Part shown: in pieces, positions 62,954-64,000 of the stretch
How the letters are laid out: each line of letters starts with the position of its first letter
How positions within the stretch are numbered: the first letter of the stretch is position 1
Origin: Adineta vaga
Taxonomy: Eukaryota; Animalia; Rotifera
Length of the DNA: 64,000 nucleotides
Assembly: GCA_021613535.1 (NCBI GenBank)
Contig: CP075493.1
Coordinates: 12,090,001-12,154,000 of the forward strand
Direction: 5' to 3'
Position numbers and translations under genes: made by a program
Notes under the pieces: generated by a model
Seen by the model: the letters and a program-made list of their open reading frames with translations, nothing else
Databases searched by the model: none
What the model was told of the DNA's origin: nothing

Positions 62954-64000
62954 ATGGATACATTTTATAATGATTTAATGACTTTGTGCTCTCAAGATGA
63001 AATATTCTATTTCAAAGATATTCGTTTACATGGAATAAATTATCGTATATTCAACTATCGTTTATGTTCGTATGGAAGATTTCAGACTCATCCTGCAGCT
63101 TTAAATTGTTGTGGAACAATGTTTAATATAACCAATCCAAAATGTGTACAACTTGTTTCATTACCATTAGAGAAAATTTTCGATTATGAAGAAGGTTTTG
63201 GGCAAAAACAGTTTCATGAACGTGGTCAATTTGGTGATAAAATGGAGAAAATGGATGGATCATTGATGACAACATTTTTACATGGTAGAGGATCGAAAGA
63301 ACAAACACTTAGACTTAAATCAAAACAATCATTAACATCAAATCAAGTTCAAGAAGCCATGCGATTGCTTGAAGGTATGTCATCATACCTATATTCAGTT
63401 TAAAATGAAACATTATTTTGATTAAAAAAAAATCTGTATATTTCTCTGTTAAGGCAAATTTAGAACGGAAATCGAACGTTTAATTTGCCTTAATTACACT
63501 GCAAATATGGAATATACAACACCTACAAATCATGTTTTCGTTGCTTATAAACGCCCACAACTTACGGTTTTATCCATTCGATCTCATATTAATGGTGAAA
63601 CTTTATTTGGTAGTCGATTAAAAACTTTTCTTTTGGAAAATAATTTTCCTACAATTCTTGAGCATCTCGTACCATTTGAAACCGTTGCATCTGATGTGAC
63701 ACATGAGGATTTAATTCACGGTACATATCAAGAAACAAGTGGTGAAGGTTATGTTGTTGAAATTAGGCACCCTGATCGATTGCCCTATCTTGTGAAAGTC
63801 AAAACGCAAAAATATTTTATGATTCATGGTGATCGGGGAACTGAAAATTCTCCAAGATCATTATTTGAAGCACTTATATATGGACAAAAAGAGCATTTGT
63901 TGGACTTATTTAAAGTTGATATATCAACATTGAAAAGAATCGAAGATATGGAACAACATATAAGACCCAAATACAACCATATGATTCAAGGTGTTCAACA
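62954..64000 (+). CDS. T4 RNA ligase 1 (Rnl1/RnlA)-like protein; intron 63375-63453; 3' end outside window
   Basis: N-terminus FYNDLMTLC...YRIFNYRLCSY; PLEKIF; motif I KMDGSL; LKSKQSL; TANMEY..PTN; motif IV EGYVV; motif V LVKVK; SPRSLFEALI. Collinear with T4 Rnl1 as recalled. Confidence 0.9.

Noticed and set aside
1-64000. CRISPR arrays, rRNA, tRNA, autonomous transposons, or prokaryotic contamination
   Set aside because: None seen. The foreign-looking genes sit among intron-rich animal genes and several contain spliceosomal introns themselves.

Overview
AT-rich eukaryotic genomic DNA with dense genes and many 45-100 nt GT-AG introns. The gene content (intronless LDLa-EGF-7TM receptors, ART-NHL and NHL-repeat genes, REJ/GAIN protein, divergent nuclear receptor, many fungal-, bacterial- or phage-like genes) and TGTGGG/TGAGGG telomere-like repeats strongly suggest a bdelloid rotifer (inference). 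About 25 genes or pseudogenes can be reconstructed by hand. Highlights: (1) an old ~9.5 kb tandem duplication pairing a giant LDLa-EGF GPCR with a small secreted 6-Cys bacterial-SH3-like protein; the GPCR copies are near-identical apart from hypervariable patches, while the small proteins are only ~43% identical. (2) A three-exon prepro-protein with a hydrophobic bacteriocin-like domain, a KRRKR site and a CBM19-like chitin-binding module (killer-toxin-like design). (3) An ASABF-type defensin with two extra Cys. (4) An MLKL four-helix-bundle protein fused to a small beta-rich domain instead of a kinase. (5) An intron-containing T4 Rnl1-like RNA ligase. (6) A PKD1-like REJ/GAIN gene that stops just after its GPS site. 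(7) A decayed nucleoside-hydrolase pseudogene and MITE-like elements. Seven single-base frameshifts in otherwise intact genes may be assembly errors. All family calls come from motif recognition by eye; no searches were run.
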